DNA of 64,000 bases, from contig OX597817.1 in assembly GCA_951406725.2 (NCBI GenBank), positions 33,418,001 to 33,482,000 on the forward strand, given 5' to 3'. The translations under genes and the position numbers were made by a program. This document shows, piece after piece, positions 37,080-50,545 of the stretch (position 1 is the first letter of the stretch; every line of letters starts with the position of its first letter). The notes under the pieces were generated by a model that worked only from the letters and a program-made list of their open reading frames with translations, had not been told where the DNA came from and did not search any database. Origin of the DNA: Octopus vulgaris (taxonomy: Eukaryota).

Positions 37080-37590
37080 CAAATGATCTTATGGTTTGCA
37101 ATACTAACTTCAGGAAACCTGCCAGTCACCTAGTCACCTACTGATCTGGCAGACACACTAGCCAAATTGACTACATCCTCACCAGAAAAAGGGAAAGATG
37201 GCTGCTTATAAATACCAAAACCTTCCCAGGCGAAGAATGTACCCCACAACATAGACTGGTAGTTAGTGACTTCAGGATCAGAGCTAAGTGGATGCCCAGA
37301 AGACTACCAGCATGGGGGAGAAGGGTCTGGAAGCTTATAGATCTTACAAATGGACAGAGATTTAGAGACATATTACTCGAAGCCTTTGACGAAATAGAAG
37401 GGGATATAGCTTCACACAATGTAGAAGACAACTGGAGGTTTCTGCGGGACAACCTGCTGAGGGCCACTGACCAGATCTGTGGATTGTGCAAAGTCCCTTC
37501 TTGACCCAAAATAATGTGGTGGTGGAACAATGTTGTTGACAGGGCTATTAGAGAAAAAAAAAAAACAGGCTTGGAAGGACTTGAAAGAAG
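37080..37590 (+). mobile_element. RTE LINE fragment (end of the endonuclease and linker)
   Basis: NDLMVCNTNFRKPASHLVTY...EECTPQHRLVVSDF...WWWNNVVDRAI; colinear with about 43650-44120. Confidence 0.85.
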
Positions 37591-38560
37591 CAAAATAATA
37601 CAGATGTTACTACATGGCTGTGTGGTTAAGAAGTTCATTTTGGAAACATGTGGTAGGGTTTTGTTCCCACCTCATGGATGTTGTCAGCTGGGGGTCTTCC
37701 ACCATAGCTGTAGTTTACTACACAGTCTTACAATAACATCTATATTATTCTGCTTGTTCTTATCTACCTTCATACACAGGTCCCTCTAGTTATTATAACC
37801 ACCACTACACCCACATTGAAAGGCTTCAACTTTGAACTATTTACTTAACGCTTTCGTTACCATATTTATTTTGAGATGCTGTGTATTTCTTTGAATTACT
37901 TTAAATATAACAAAGAATTTAGTAAAATAACTTAGTTATCATTCAGCTAGTGTTAGGAGCATAAATTGTGACTAAGGTTTGGTGGAATATTTTAATTCAA
38001 AACTTATAAAAACAAGACATTTGTACTACAGAGCCAGGGGCGGTTTCAGCCGGGATAGTAAAAGGGTTAAAAGCAAACATCTGAGCATTTGTATAGGGGT
38101 TTCATGGCAACCAGAGTCGCTATTAATCCTAAATTCCCGCAAACCCCTCTAAAGCATGTCCCACAACACATCATCATATGCCTTTTTGAGTCCTGTAAAA
38201 CAAGAGTACACCTCTTGGCAATATTCAGATGATTCCTTGAAGCTCTTCTATAGAGTGAATATTTGGATGGTTGTGTTCTCTTTGTGGAAGCCATACTGTT
38301 CTTCAGGTAGCTTGGGATCTACAATTTCTCTACATCTCCTTTGCTGACATCTAGCATAGACTTTTACCAGGGAGGCTCAACAAGGAGATTCTTCTGTAAT
38401 TAGAGCACTCTCTCTTGTCACCTTTTTCAAAATTTGGGACATTATCCCTTGCTTTGATGTCTTTCTTGAGGTCCAAGCCAACTGGCATATACGAGTCTCC
38501 AAGAGAATACTTTCTCTATCTCAGGTTGAATTTCATCATCACCAGCAGCCCTATCACACA

Positions 38561-39022
38561 CATCCCTGGGCATGGATACATTGAAACTCCGATGTCTGGC
38601 AGCTGACTTGGCAGACACCCATAAAATTATTAACCATCTTACCAACAATAACTCTGAGCACCTTTTCAAACTCCACCTGTCTAACACCCGTGGACATGTT
38701 TACAAAGTCAGAAAACAGTAAAACTCCCATGACTTTCAGAAACATCTTTTCATGCTAAGAGTTGCTGAAGTATGGAACAAACTGCTGGCATCAGTTGATA
38801 GTTGTCGGAGCACTGTATCCTTCAAAACTTCCATGCTTCCTGAGATTCACCAACACTACACCTGATTTTCTCCCCTCCTTACACATGCAAGCATGTATCT
38901 GACTCATACACTGTTCACTTTCCAGACATTTGTACATTACTGCATATGCTTTATACATGCTTTTGACAAGTTGTGGTGCCCCTGAGCACTGTATACAATA
39001 ATTTCATTATTATTATTATTAT
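38561..39022 (+). mobile_element. CR1-clade LINE 3' end
   Basis: Same sequence as 12551-12992, with (ATT)n tail. Confidence 0.88.
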
Positions 39023-39534
39023 TAAGCATTTTAATTACTTTTATGACTTCAGCCTCTGTGAGGTTAGTCTTTGCCCCCCAGATGCATCTTGTGTCTACCA
39101 GAAGATTTTATTTTGACTGGATTTTGGTGAGCAGCAAAGTATTCTCTTCAACCCCAAGAATCTTCTCTGTAGAGAAAAGAACCCCAGCCAAGTTCTTAAT
39201 CGCAGATCTGAAAGAAAGCTTCTTATAACCAAGTTGGCAGAATACTTTATTGGGTAATGACTGAAAGAGTACATCTGCAAAGACAAGTGGCCAAAATTAA
39301 GTCTCTTCAGGTTGAGCTGCTGCATCTCTGCATTGAAAAGTCACAGCTTTGGCATTACAGACATATGATTAGAATCTCACAAGGCAGATTCAATGGAAAC
39401 AACTAGTTAATAATAATCTCAGCTAGTAACAGTGTTCAATTCATATCCAAGCCAAGTCTGAATCTCTTTTGCAGATGACATTCTTACGAAGTTTCTCTTG
39501 CAGAGAATATTTCCTGTTCTTTTTTGATATTTTT

Positions 39535-39895
39535 TTTTTATTTGTTTCAGTCATTTGACTGCGGTCATGCTGGAGCACCACCTTTAGTCGAACAAATCGA
39601 CCCCAGTACTTATTCTATCGGTCTCTTTTGCCAAACCGCTAAGTTACGGGGACGTAAACACACCAACATCGGTTGTCAAGCGATGGTGGGGGGACAAACA
39701 CAGACACACAAACATACACACACATACATATATACGATGGGCTTCTTTCAGTTTCCATCTACCAAATCCACTCACAGGGCTTTGGTTGGCCTGAGGCTAT
39801 AGTTGAAGACATTTGCCAAAGGTGCCACGCAGTGGGATTGAACCCGGAACCATGTGGTTCGTAAGCAAGCTACTTACCACACAGCCACTCCTACG
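39535..39895 (-). mobile_element. SINE family B
   Basis: Reverse complement of the family B consensus. Confidence 0.88.
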
Positions 39896-40660
39896 TCTAT
39901 AGATCTATCTATCTATCTATCACGATGGTATGTACTATACATATTATATATAAAGGCTAGTGTCCCGGACTGTCTTAGAAGCATTCGTTATATGTTCCTG
40001 GGCAAATCAATTCTTTTGATAAATAGAGAAAATAGCAACAAATATTTTAAGCAAGCCTCATCAATAATGTTCGTATTCTTCCATCATTTTACATCACAAA
40101 ACTGTTCGACGAATAGCGTCCCTGAATTTTCCCCAAACAAATGTGTCACTGTATTAACTTTCCTGATTGTTTTTAAGCTCCAGCTAATCCGTGATTGAAC
40201 AACTTATGATGACCTTCCTGTGATTTTATATACAAGGACTACATTATCCAACGTCTTTTTTTTTTTTTTAAGGACATCATGGTGTCATTCTCTCAGCTTT
40301 GGTATGAGTGCGTTTATAAATTTCGAGGTCACCCAGTAGTGTGGATATGCAAGATGGGTCAACATTATCGGAAATATTCTAGCAAGGGGAACAACTCCTG
40401 AAGCTCATATTACACCAATCCCCATAACATCTCTGCAAATGATTAATATCATTAATTTCCACAATGAGCTCTTACCTCAACAGGTTAGAGAAACTTTCAT
40501 GAAATTAATTTGCAACACCATCTTTGTTGTAGTTGTCCTACACACTGCTTTTGAATTTTAATCCTTTTGTAACCTTTCCCAATTATTAATATTCTTTCCA
40601 ACAATTAACACTGTCAACTATTTTGAATCTATATCAATAAATCTAATTTTGGTACAGTAT

Positions 40661-41045
40661 AGGCGCAGGAGTGGCTGTGTGGTAAGTAGCTTGCTAACCA
40701 ACCACATGGTTCCGGGTTCAGTCCCACTGCGTGGCATCTTGGGCAAGTGTCTTCTGCTATAGCCCCGGGCCGACCAATGCCTTGTGAGTGGATTTGGTAG
40801 ACGGAAACTGAAAGAAGCCTGTCGTATATATGTATATATGTGTGTGTGTGTTTGTCCCCCTAGCATTGCTTGACAACCGATGCTGGTGTGTTTACGTCCC
40901 CGTCACTTAGCGGTTCGGCAAAAAGAGACCGATAGAATAAGTACTGGGCTTACAAAGAATAAGTCCCGGGGTTGATTTACTCGACTAAAGGCGGTGCTCC
41001 AGCATGGCCGCAGTCAAATGACTGAAACAAGTAAAAGAGTAAGAG
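40661..41045 (+). mobile_element. SINE family B (young, TSD-like ATTTTGGTACA)
   Basis: Full-length; direct repeat ATTTTGGTACA at about 40646 and 41051. Confidence 0.9.
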
Positions 41046-41782
41046 TATACATTTTGGTACATAGTAACATAAGCTACACAATCGCGATTACATAGAGTTG
41101 CCTCCCTTGATACGGAAACTTTCAACATTATCTTGCCGAAATGGGAGGATATGTGACAAAAAACGCAAGAGCATGTTATTTGAGATAATGTAATCGTAAA
41201 ACAGAAAAGCTCATTATCTTAGATATTGCTGGACCACTAGTAATGAGTCCCATAAACAACAATACAACTACTAATCGTTTCCAAAGCTCAGGTCAACGCT
41301 ACAATAGAGTACTGCTCCTACATATATTTCTTTACTACCCACAAGGGGCTAAACACAGAGGGGACAAACAAGGACAGGCAAATGGATTAAGTCGGTTACA
41401 TCGACCCCAGTGTGTAACTGGTACTTAATTTATCGACTCCGAAAGGATGAAAGGCAAAGTCGACCTCGGCGGAGATTATGATTCTGAAAAATTGTCAGGA
41501 GAAAATAAACTTAATTAATACTATAGCACCTTATATCTATTCTACTTTTTAACAAGAAGCATTATTGAAAATACTACAACTCAATTACTTTATTTGATAT
41601 AAGACAATAAGGTTGTTCCCAGATGCGAATATTTATATTAACCGACAATAACGAGAAGGGTAATAAAGTTATGAGAATAAAATAAAAGCTTAAAAAGAAA
41701 AAGAAAACTGTAAAACAATTTAACGGAAGGAAAACAAACTTTGCTGTCAGAATTGTGAAGTCTTTTTTATAATAAAACTTAC

Positions 41783-41817
41783 CGGACTCGTGTTTTATCT
41801 TGGATTAATGAACACAT
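41783..41817 (-). CDS. NR2C2AP: NR2C2AP exon 1 (start)
   Basis: AAC ATG TGT...GTC CG|GTAAGT. Encodes MCSLIQDKTRV(R) and joins exon 2 in phase 2 to give the conserved RVSSVLN. Total CDS 438 nt, 145 aa. Confidence 0.88.
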
Positions 41818-42099
41818 GTTCGCACTCGTAAACCACCGACCGGTGCATACGAAGAATATCCCCAATTATTTAATGACGAGCAAAATTGAGAAAATATGCC
41901 ATTTGCATTATGTGCAACTATAGAAAACATCTGGTGTGTAAGATGACAACAGACATTTCCTCTCCCTCTCTCGAATTCCCCCACCCCCCACCAAAAAAAA
42001 AACGCCTTTTATAAATTATTCACCGGAATATGGTAATATGGATCACAGCACGTATATATGGTTTCTTCGCTCGCAGTCAATTGGTAAAACTATTATATT

Positions 42100-42341
42100 T
42101 ATTGTTATATTTCGGAATGGTCATTTTGCCAGTTTAGCCAATAAAAACACACGCACTATATATTTGGTGTTATTTTTCTTCAGTGTTATTTAATTTTTAC
42201 ATTAATCTTAATCTCTGGCCGAAATAAGATTAAGATTAAAGTAAAAAATAAATAATACTGAAGCAAAATAACACCAAATATATAGTGCGTGTGTTTTTAT
42301 TGGCTAAACTGGCAAAATGACCATTCCGAAATATAACAATA
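42100..42341. repeat. Long fold-back inverted repeat (115-bp arms, 12-nt loop), probable MITE
   Basis: 42100-42214 is the reverse complement of 42227-42341 with about 4 mismatches by eye. Confidence 0.93.
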
Positions 42342-42869
42342 TCTGTTTCAACACACGACTTCACAAAAAAATCTTGCACAACAAATATATAAACGTATTA
42401 TATTTATACCTGTTCACAATTTCATTTATAGTATTTGAGGATATATAGCATATGATTATGGAAGTAAAGTTTTGCTGGCATAGACTTACGTTTGAGTTTA
42501 GCCCTAGGTGAACTCTGATCCAACAGACGCATACACAAGGGCAATTCTGTAGGCAACCCATGCACAAAAGCATTCCAAAGGCAACCTTATTAGTTGGGAC
42601 AAAATGTATCTAACGCGTCTTCCGTTCTTGAAGATTGTAGGATGATTCAGTAGTTACTTCTAACATGTTGAGAAACCATATAGAGGCTCCTTCCCTGGCT
42701 CGTTATGTAAATAGCATTGGTTGTACATAGGGCAGGGAACAGGGTATTCAGCGTCATGGGCCAACTCAATAACATGAACCCCCATTCTCGCAACCTTCCA
42801 ACATGTGGAAAGCTTCCTTCTCAAATTAATAGCAATTAATAGTGACAGAAGCAGTTTTTATACCAAAAC

Positions 42870-43075
42870 GTAATATCCCCACTTAAGAGTGGATGTTGTG
42901 TTAGAACACAGAATACTGCGATAGTTACACCGAGAAAACCTCTCATATGGACTTGTGTATATAAATAAGAGTGCTTATATCTACCACAAGTTCATATGAG
43001 AAGTTCATATGAGAAGTTCTCTTGTGATAACTATCACTAACGCAATATCTGCTTTTAAGTGGGGATAAATATTAC
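42870..43075. mobile_element. Degenerate fold-back MITE-like element
   Basis: TATCCCCACTTAA pairs with TTAAGTGGGGATA; TCTCATATGGACTTGTG pairs with CACAAGTTCATATGAGA. Confidence 0.65.
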
Positions 43076-43479
43076 TAATTACACTGTATTGTGGCCAGCC
43101 GATGAATTCGATTGCTGAATTTAAAGGATGTATTATAGTCAACATACAGAAGCAAGGCTTATTTCGGCAATATTTTCATCTTTAAAATGTGTCAGCAGTA
43201 AATCACTGGATAAATGAATGAATCTGTATTTATTTAGTGTTGGGTGGTTACAAGTCAGGTTCATCAGCTTTTATAAAAACTTTTTTGAATCACAATCAAC
43301 TTCAATCTGTTTACACCCCACCATCCCTGTCTACCTTTCTCTCTCTTTTTGACAGCCAGAGATTTTAGAAATACGTTTAAATTTTAAAGTACAGTCTTTG
43401 AAAGTTATTTAAAACTCATTTGCAACTTTTAGTATTATGTATCTATGATACCCTTTTTTATGACAACCTTTTGCAGGCC

Positions 43480-45245
43480 ACTTCGAAGATAAATGACGTA
43501 GCTTCGTAGATAAATGAGCTTATCTTCGTAGCTAGTGATTTCAATGGTCAAGTTGGGCACACCCAGGTGTCTTTCATGGAGTGCACGAGGACCATTGAAC
43601 TGGTTCCCGAAACGAGAAAGGAACGAGGTTGCTGGAGTTCTGTGATGCAAATGACCTATTGATCTCCAACACCAACTTCAGAAAGCCAACTAGTCACCTG
43701 ATAACCTATAAATCCAGTGACCATGCTAGCCCGATTGACGACATTCTCTCCAGAAAAAGGGATTAATGGTTGCTCTTAAATGCAAAGTCCTTGCCTCGTA
43801 AAGAATGTACCTCTCAGCATAGATTACTCATTAGTGAAATCAATCTACAGGCACGAAAAGAAATATATGGGAGCTTAAGGATCCTTTGAATAATCAAAAG
43901 TTTAGGGACCTCCCAACTGAAGTATTTGATGAGAATAAGGATGAACTACAGACTTGCAATATAGAGGATAACTGGAAGTTCCTACGAAACAACTTACGGA
44001 GATCCACAGAACAAAATTTGTGTGAGGTGCAAAGTTCCAACCAAATCTAGAATGACATAGTGTGGAACAATATAGTTGACAGGACCATTAGAGCAAAGAA
44101 ACAGGCTTGAAAGGGTGGTGGTAACAAGGAACTATATCGGGAATCTAGGAAGCAGGGGTGAAGCAGAAAGGAAGAAGTTTGCCAATATTCTGCAACGTGA
44201 GGACCAACGGCTAAAAGTGTCTCAGTTTGCAAGACAGTGTGCCAGGGAAAATTGTGATGTTGTAGGAGAGAAGTGTGCTTGCATGGATTATGGTTCACTT
44301 GCAGTTGATGACTCTGCAAAGAAAGGCTTGGAAGTGCCACTATGAAAGGTTACTAAATGTAGAGAACTCATGGGAGAAGGAGAGTCTGCTTAAAGCTGAC
44401 CCAACAGAGGGACCAATAAAGCGAATAGACAGTAGCGTTGTAGACAAAGCCACAAAGGATATGAAAACGGGGAAAGCCCTTGGTCTATCAGGAATAACAG
44501 CTGAAATGCTTAAAATATCTGGCACTGCAGGTTATGGTCTAGTCACCCATATAGTTAATCAGGTGGTACACGAAGGAGTCATACCCAATGACTGGTGTAG
44601 CAACATCATAGTCAACTGCTACAAAGGTAAAGGTGACGTTTAAGAAATAATTACAGAGGTATCAAATTGTTGGATCAGGTGATGAAAGTCATGGAGAGGG
44701 TTATGACCCAACTAATTAGGGAGAGTGTTAGTCTAGATGAGATGCAATTTAGTTTTGTGTCAAGGGGAAGCACCACTGATGCTATATTTCTGGTACGGCA
44801 GCTGCAGAAGTATCTAGTCAAAGATAAACCTCTGTACTAGGCTTTTGTTGACACTGAGAAAGCCTTTGACAGGGTCCCCGATCCCTTACCTGGTGGTCAA
44901 TGCGGAAACTGAGGATAGATGAGTGGTTGATAAGTGCTGTACAAACCATGTACAGGGATGCAGTCAGTATGGTGAGGGTTGGCAACGAGTACAGCGATAT
45001 ATTCAGAGTACAAGTAGGGGTTCACCAAAGATCAGCCCTCAACCTCTTCCTATTCATTGAAGTCCTCCAGGCAATAACAGAAACATTTAAGACAGGCTGC
45101 CTCTGAGAGCTCCTCTATGTTGATGACCTTGTTCTTATAGCTGAATCACTACCAGAACTAGAGAAGAAATTTCAGGTGTGGAAGCAAAGTCTAGAATCGA
45201 ATGGCTTTAAAAAAATTAACTTGGCAAAATTCAATGTCTTAGTAA
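43480..45245 (+). mobile_element. RTE-clade LINE, decayed ORF (endonuclease to RT)
   Basis: DFNGQVG, LLEFCDANDLLISNTNFRKP, KALGLSGITAEMLK, IPNDW, EKAFDRVP, VGVHQRSAL, LLYVDDLVL; many stops and frameshifts. Confidence 0.93.
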
Positions 45246-46659
45246 GGATAAAAGTCAGAAAATTGACGAACAACAAATATAGGTAGTGCAAAAGTAAAAC
45301 TGAAAACTTCAAGAACATTACTACCAGCTGTGAAATAATCTTTTCTTCTCGTAACGCGGTGACCACAACACTCTGGAACAGAATAAGAAAATCGAAAAGA
45401 CAAACAAAGTTGACTATATTGCGACTGATTGATCAAAAGGATATTAGGGTAACTTAAAGATTAAAGCAGTCACCAAGTTAAAACCAACTGGCCAATTCAT
45501 ATTGTGTGAAAATCAGCTGCCCTCTGGACACCAATGTGGCCAGAAAAAACACAGGAGAAAGAGGACAATAAGGAGTTCGCAAATACAGTACCCAAAGTAC
45601 ACTTTTCAGTTTCATAGCTATTATTACTGGGGCAACGAGATATGCACAAGGCCGCCTGGAGTAAAATATTGCAGAATGTAGGTTCTTAGGGAAGGAATGC
45701 AACTCCTTCATTCATGCGCTACAAATGATCACGAAATCTGGGACTGGAGAAATCCGCAAGACTTTCTTAAGATTTAAAGGATGATGATGAAATCTAGATG
45801 CATTCCTTCACAACCTTGCTACCAAGCAGGTGGTCGACCAAGAAAATAAGCAGACATACATACGTTAAGAGCAATATTTTTAATACAAACATAGGTTACC
45901 TACGATAAATAGTGAAGTTAGGGTCAGAGTTGATAGCGATTAGTAAAGAAATGTTAAATTGGAATTTGTCCTAGATAACCTGGCATACAAAATGTGACAG
46001 TTTAGTGGGTAATTTTATTACATATATAACACGTATGTATATGATATATGAAAAATACAAAACCACATTAAAATACAAACCCTAAACAATAGTCATGATT
46101 CTTTCGTAATATAAGTTTTCACAAAAGAAAAACAAAGAAAAGAAAAAAGCGGGAGGGGGGGAGAAAAAAGAGAAGAAGAGAAGAAAGAAAAAAAACAACA
46201 ACGTAGTACCAAGTGCTTCAATTGGTCGCACACCACAAGGTTCGACGGAACCCATTGAAGCAAGCCAACACGTTCGCAGCATTACTACGGGCGAGGCTGA
46301 AAGTCAAGCGCCCTCACGGGCATCGCCTGACATCTCGGTGAGGTGAGTTGCCAACGATGACAAGAACTTCGCAGTTAGTGGCCCAGTCCCCTCAAATGTC
46401 TCAAATGCTACAGGTTGGAAGAGATAGTTCACTGTCAGGTCCCGATACTTCAGGGTTTTGTTCCGTTCGGCTACGGAAGCAGTGACCCCCCCCCCATTTG
46501 CTGCAGCATCCCATGGGAGGGAGTAAAAGAATCACACACTATGGAATCCCAGATGAGGCACCCACCTCTAACCCAAGGACAGAGAGTAAGAACTGGTCAA
46601 AAACTAGTGATGGTGGTGTAATTATATTGTTAAGAATGCAGTCTGTTTTAACATACATA

Positions 46660-46894
46660 CCTATTTCTTTATTACCCACAAGGGGCTAAACATAGAGGGG
46701 ACAAACAAGGACAGACATAGGTATTAAGTCGATTACATCGACCCCAGTGCGTAACTGGTACTTAATTTATCGACCCCGAAAGGATGAAAGGCAAAGTCGA
46801 CCTCGGCGGAATTTGAACTCACAACGTAGCGACAGACGAAATACTGCTAAGCATTTCGCCCGGCGTGCTAACGATTCTGCCAGCTCGCCGCCTT
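46660..46894 (-). mobile_element. SINE family A with TSD TGTTTTAACATACATACC
   Basis: Full-length young copy with a flanking direct repeat. Confidence 0.92.
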
Positions 46895-47954
46895 TATTTT
46901 TATGTGTTTTAACATACATACCACGTATGTGGTAAATTCAGTTTAGGTACAATTAATTATTTATTATGAATACAAAAAATGGAGGAATTAAAAAATTTCG
47001 TACTACTAGTAATAATAAGGCATGCATCGAGAATGGAAGTTAATGTTAGAATAGAGAATCATAGGCAAAGAGATGAAAATGTTCTGGAGGGAAGGGAAAA
47101 GGCAGACGTATGAAAAACTTTAAGAGTTTGTTAAAACAGATACAATATCAACCTATAGGTAGCTGGGAAGATTGTAGGATAAATTTCCCTTGGGAATATG
47201 AACAAAAGTCAGCACCGATTTATAATTTACCACCTTAAAGGCATTGTATAAGGATAAAGAACTTTTTTGGATAAGCTGTGGGAGCACTTGTGATCATTGC
47301 TGTAGGATTCGATAACTGAGCGTTTAATTTTGTGATTAGAGATGACTTTGCCTTTTAAACTCCAGAGAACACTTCCAAAGTGTTGTTGCTCTTTTAACTT
47401 CTTGATATTAGTTTAGCACTTAAAAAGAAGGGAGGGAATTTTGGCGTTTATATAGATAAAAAAAACAAAAGAATAACTTCCAAATTTCTAATCCAGGATC
47501 CGAAACCGAATCTACATTTTCCTACAAGTTCTCTTCCTTATTATTCTCACCTTTTCCACTAAGAAACTTTGGAGGTCAACTGTCACTGTTAGGTTCTATT
47601 GTTTAAGCTAACATTCTTGGGTTAAACGCAGTGCAAGAAAGATAAACTCATTGCTTTTCGTTGTTCTCTGACCTACATCAAACTTTCCAACTTATATGAT
47701 AGAGGAAGCGCCTTTATGCCAACGACTACATTGCTCTTACTCTCTCTACTTGTTTAGTCTCTTTTACTCTTTCTCTCTTTCCTTTTCCAACCAACAAAAA
47801 ATGAATTTAACTATCTACAGAATATATAGCAGAACAACAAATAACCTGTAATGATGAAAATAAGGGCCATATCAATTAATAAATGGTATTTTTCTTCCTC
47901 TCACTTCAATTGCTACATGCCATCGTTATCTATCTATCTATCTATCTATCTATC

Positions 47955-48233
47955 TCTTTTACTCTTTTCAGTCATTTGACTGTGGCCATGCTGGAGCACC
48001 GCCTTTAGTCGAGCAAATCGACCCCAGGACTTATTCTTTGTAAACCTAGTACTTATTCTATCGGTCTCTTTTGCCGAACCGCTATGTTATGGGGACCTAA
48101 ACACACCAACATCGGTTGTCAAGTGATGTTGGGGGTAGAAGACACTTACTTGCCCAAGGTGCCACACAGTGGGACTGAACTCAGAACCATGTGGTTCGTA
48201 AGCAAGCTACTTACCACACAGCCACTCCTACGC

Positions 48234-48236
<3 letters not shown>
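47955..48236 (-). mobile_element. SINE family B (internally deleted) within (TATC)n
   Basis: Family B reverse complement flanked by TATC repeats. Confidence 0.85.
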
Positions 48237-48290
<54 letters not shown>

Positions 48291-48601
48291 ACGATGGTAT
48301 GTACCATACATATTATATAAAATGGCTAGTGTCCCGAATCGTCTTAGAAGCATTCGTTATATGTTCCCGGGCAAATCAATGGACCCTACAATATTTATTT
48401 ATTGACAGCAAGCCACAGCATATATAGATTAGAATCGGACCCTTTGAGAGCTGTAGGGCCCCTGGGCAACTGTGCCGTGTGCCCATGAGCACTACTAGGG
48501 TCCAAAATGCCAAGGCCCCTTCCCGTCTTTTTTAAGTGTTAAATACTTTTGTAAAAAATTGTTTCTCTTGTGTTTATCTTCTTTTCGTGCTCCTTGCCTT
48601 A

Positions 48602-48646
48602 ACACACACACACACACACTCGCATGTATTCTTCATTTCATTTCCT

Positions 48647-48732
<86 letters not shown>

Positions 48733-48753
48733 GTGTGTGTGTGTGTGTGTGTG
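48602..48753. repeat. Compound microsatellite (CA)n, (TC)n, (TA)n, (TG)n
   Basis: Directly visible. Confidence 0.95.
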
Positions 48754-49054
48754 AACTGAGATCCTCGTTCACATTCTTCTAGCTATTTAATTCAAGACTA
48801 CTACTAATTTAGGTAACTGAGGGTAGTGATGTCGCTGTGGTGTTGTAATTAGCCCAGCTATTCTGTTTTCAGCAGTCACGACGTCCGAATCCTGCAGGCG
48901 ATTTTACAACTTTTCTATCATCTATATTATTTGTGTGTGTGTACATGCATATGCACACACGTTGATATTCTCATGTATCTATGTAAGAAGAAATATGTAA
49001 TTTTATTTCTATAGATATAATATATATGTTTAGTTGTATATATAAGAGTATATA

Positions 49055-49473
49055 TATTTCTTTACTACCCACAAGGGGCTAAATACAGAGGGGACAAACA
49101 AGGACAGACAAACGGATTAAGTCGATTACATCGACCCCAGTGCGTAACTGGTACTTAATTTATCGACTCCGAAAGGATGAAAGGCAAAGCCGACCTCGGC
49201 GGAATTTGAACTCAGAACATAACGGCATACGAAATACCTATTTCTTTATTACCCACAAGGGGCTAAACATAGAGAGAGGACAAACATAGACAGACATAGG
49301 TATTAAGTCGATTATATCGACCCCAGTGCGTAACTGGTACTTAATTTATCGACCCCGAAAGGATGAAAGGCAAAGCCGACCTCGGCGGAATTTGAACTCA
49401 GAACGTAACGGCATACGAAATACTGCTAAGCATTTCGCCCGGCGCGCTAACGTTTCTGCCAGCTCGCCGCCTT
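49055..49473 (-). mobile_element. SINE family A dimer
   Basis: Two units joined at CGAAATAC|CTATTTCTTT. Confidence 0.9.
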
Positions 49474-50063
49474 TGTATATATATGAGTATATATGTTTGT
49501 GTAAGTATATTTAATTGCATTCCTACGTAAGTTGAGTGCTTTGCCGACGTGTGTGTGTATGTGTGTGTGTTGGATAGGTGTCTGTTTGTGTGCGTGCATG
49601 TGAAAATCATACCTACATGTATTTGCATTGCATCTGTGCATACTTTTTACCTTTTTTTTTTGCATTTCATTTTGTCTCAGATTTAAAAATTTTCCAATTA
49701 TCATGTGACTTAACAGCATTAGTTTTTAAATGGGCATTCTGGCATAGCATTTCGCTATTCCACATGCATTCTGGTCAAATGGCGATGGATTGAAGGCGAA
49801 AGAGGAAAGTGAAAGAAGGATATCGCCTGAAGTTCCTCGCTTGAGCTCAACCCACTGGCAATTATTGGGCGAATGTAGAAACCTACGAAGAACTCGTAGA
49901 TCGTGTCATGACAAAACAGGTCTATTTAGATTGAGCACTGCTTTTTCCAACTCGGGAAGAAAGAAAGAAAAGGATTCCTAAAAACTACTTGCTCTTGCTT
50001 CAAACCTGTACAAGCTCGCAGAGAAACATCATAATCTTGGTTCTTGGAACGAAAGGACGATCC

Positions 50064-50100
<37 letters not shown>

Positions 50101-50106
<6 letters not shown>

Positions 50107-50545
50107 ATAATAATTATTATTGTATACAGTGCTCAGGTGCACCACAACTTGTCAAAAGCGCGTATAAAGCATATGCAGTAATGTACAAATGTCTGGGAAG
50201 TGAACAGTGAATGAGTGAGATACATGCTTGCGTGTGTATGGAGGGGAGAAAATCAGGTGTAGTGTTGGCGAATCTCAGGAAGCATGGAAGTTTTGAAGGA
50301 TGCAGTGTTCCGACAACTAACAACTGATGCTGGCAATTTGTTCCATGCTTCAGCAACTCTTAGCGTGAAAAAATGTTTCCGAAAGTCATGGGAGCTGTGC
50401 TGTTTTCTGACTTTGTAAACATGTCCACGGGTGTTAGACAGGTGGAGTTTGAAAAGGTGCTCAGAGTTATTGTTAGTAAAATGGTTAATAATTTTATGGA
50501 TGTCTGCCAAGTCAGCTGCCAGACGTCGGAGTTTCAATGTATCCA
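50101..50545 (-). mobile_element. CR1-clade LINE 3' end
   Basis: Minus-strand frame LDTLKLRRLAADL...FFTLRVAEAWNKLPASVV...FKTSMLPEIRQHYT*, followed by the tail. Confidence 0.9.

Noticed and set aside
46240-46620. GC-richer island with short ORFs
   Set aside because: Only faint resemblance to a LINE 3' end (FAVSGP, GIPDE); too degenerate to call and no exon structure.
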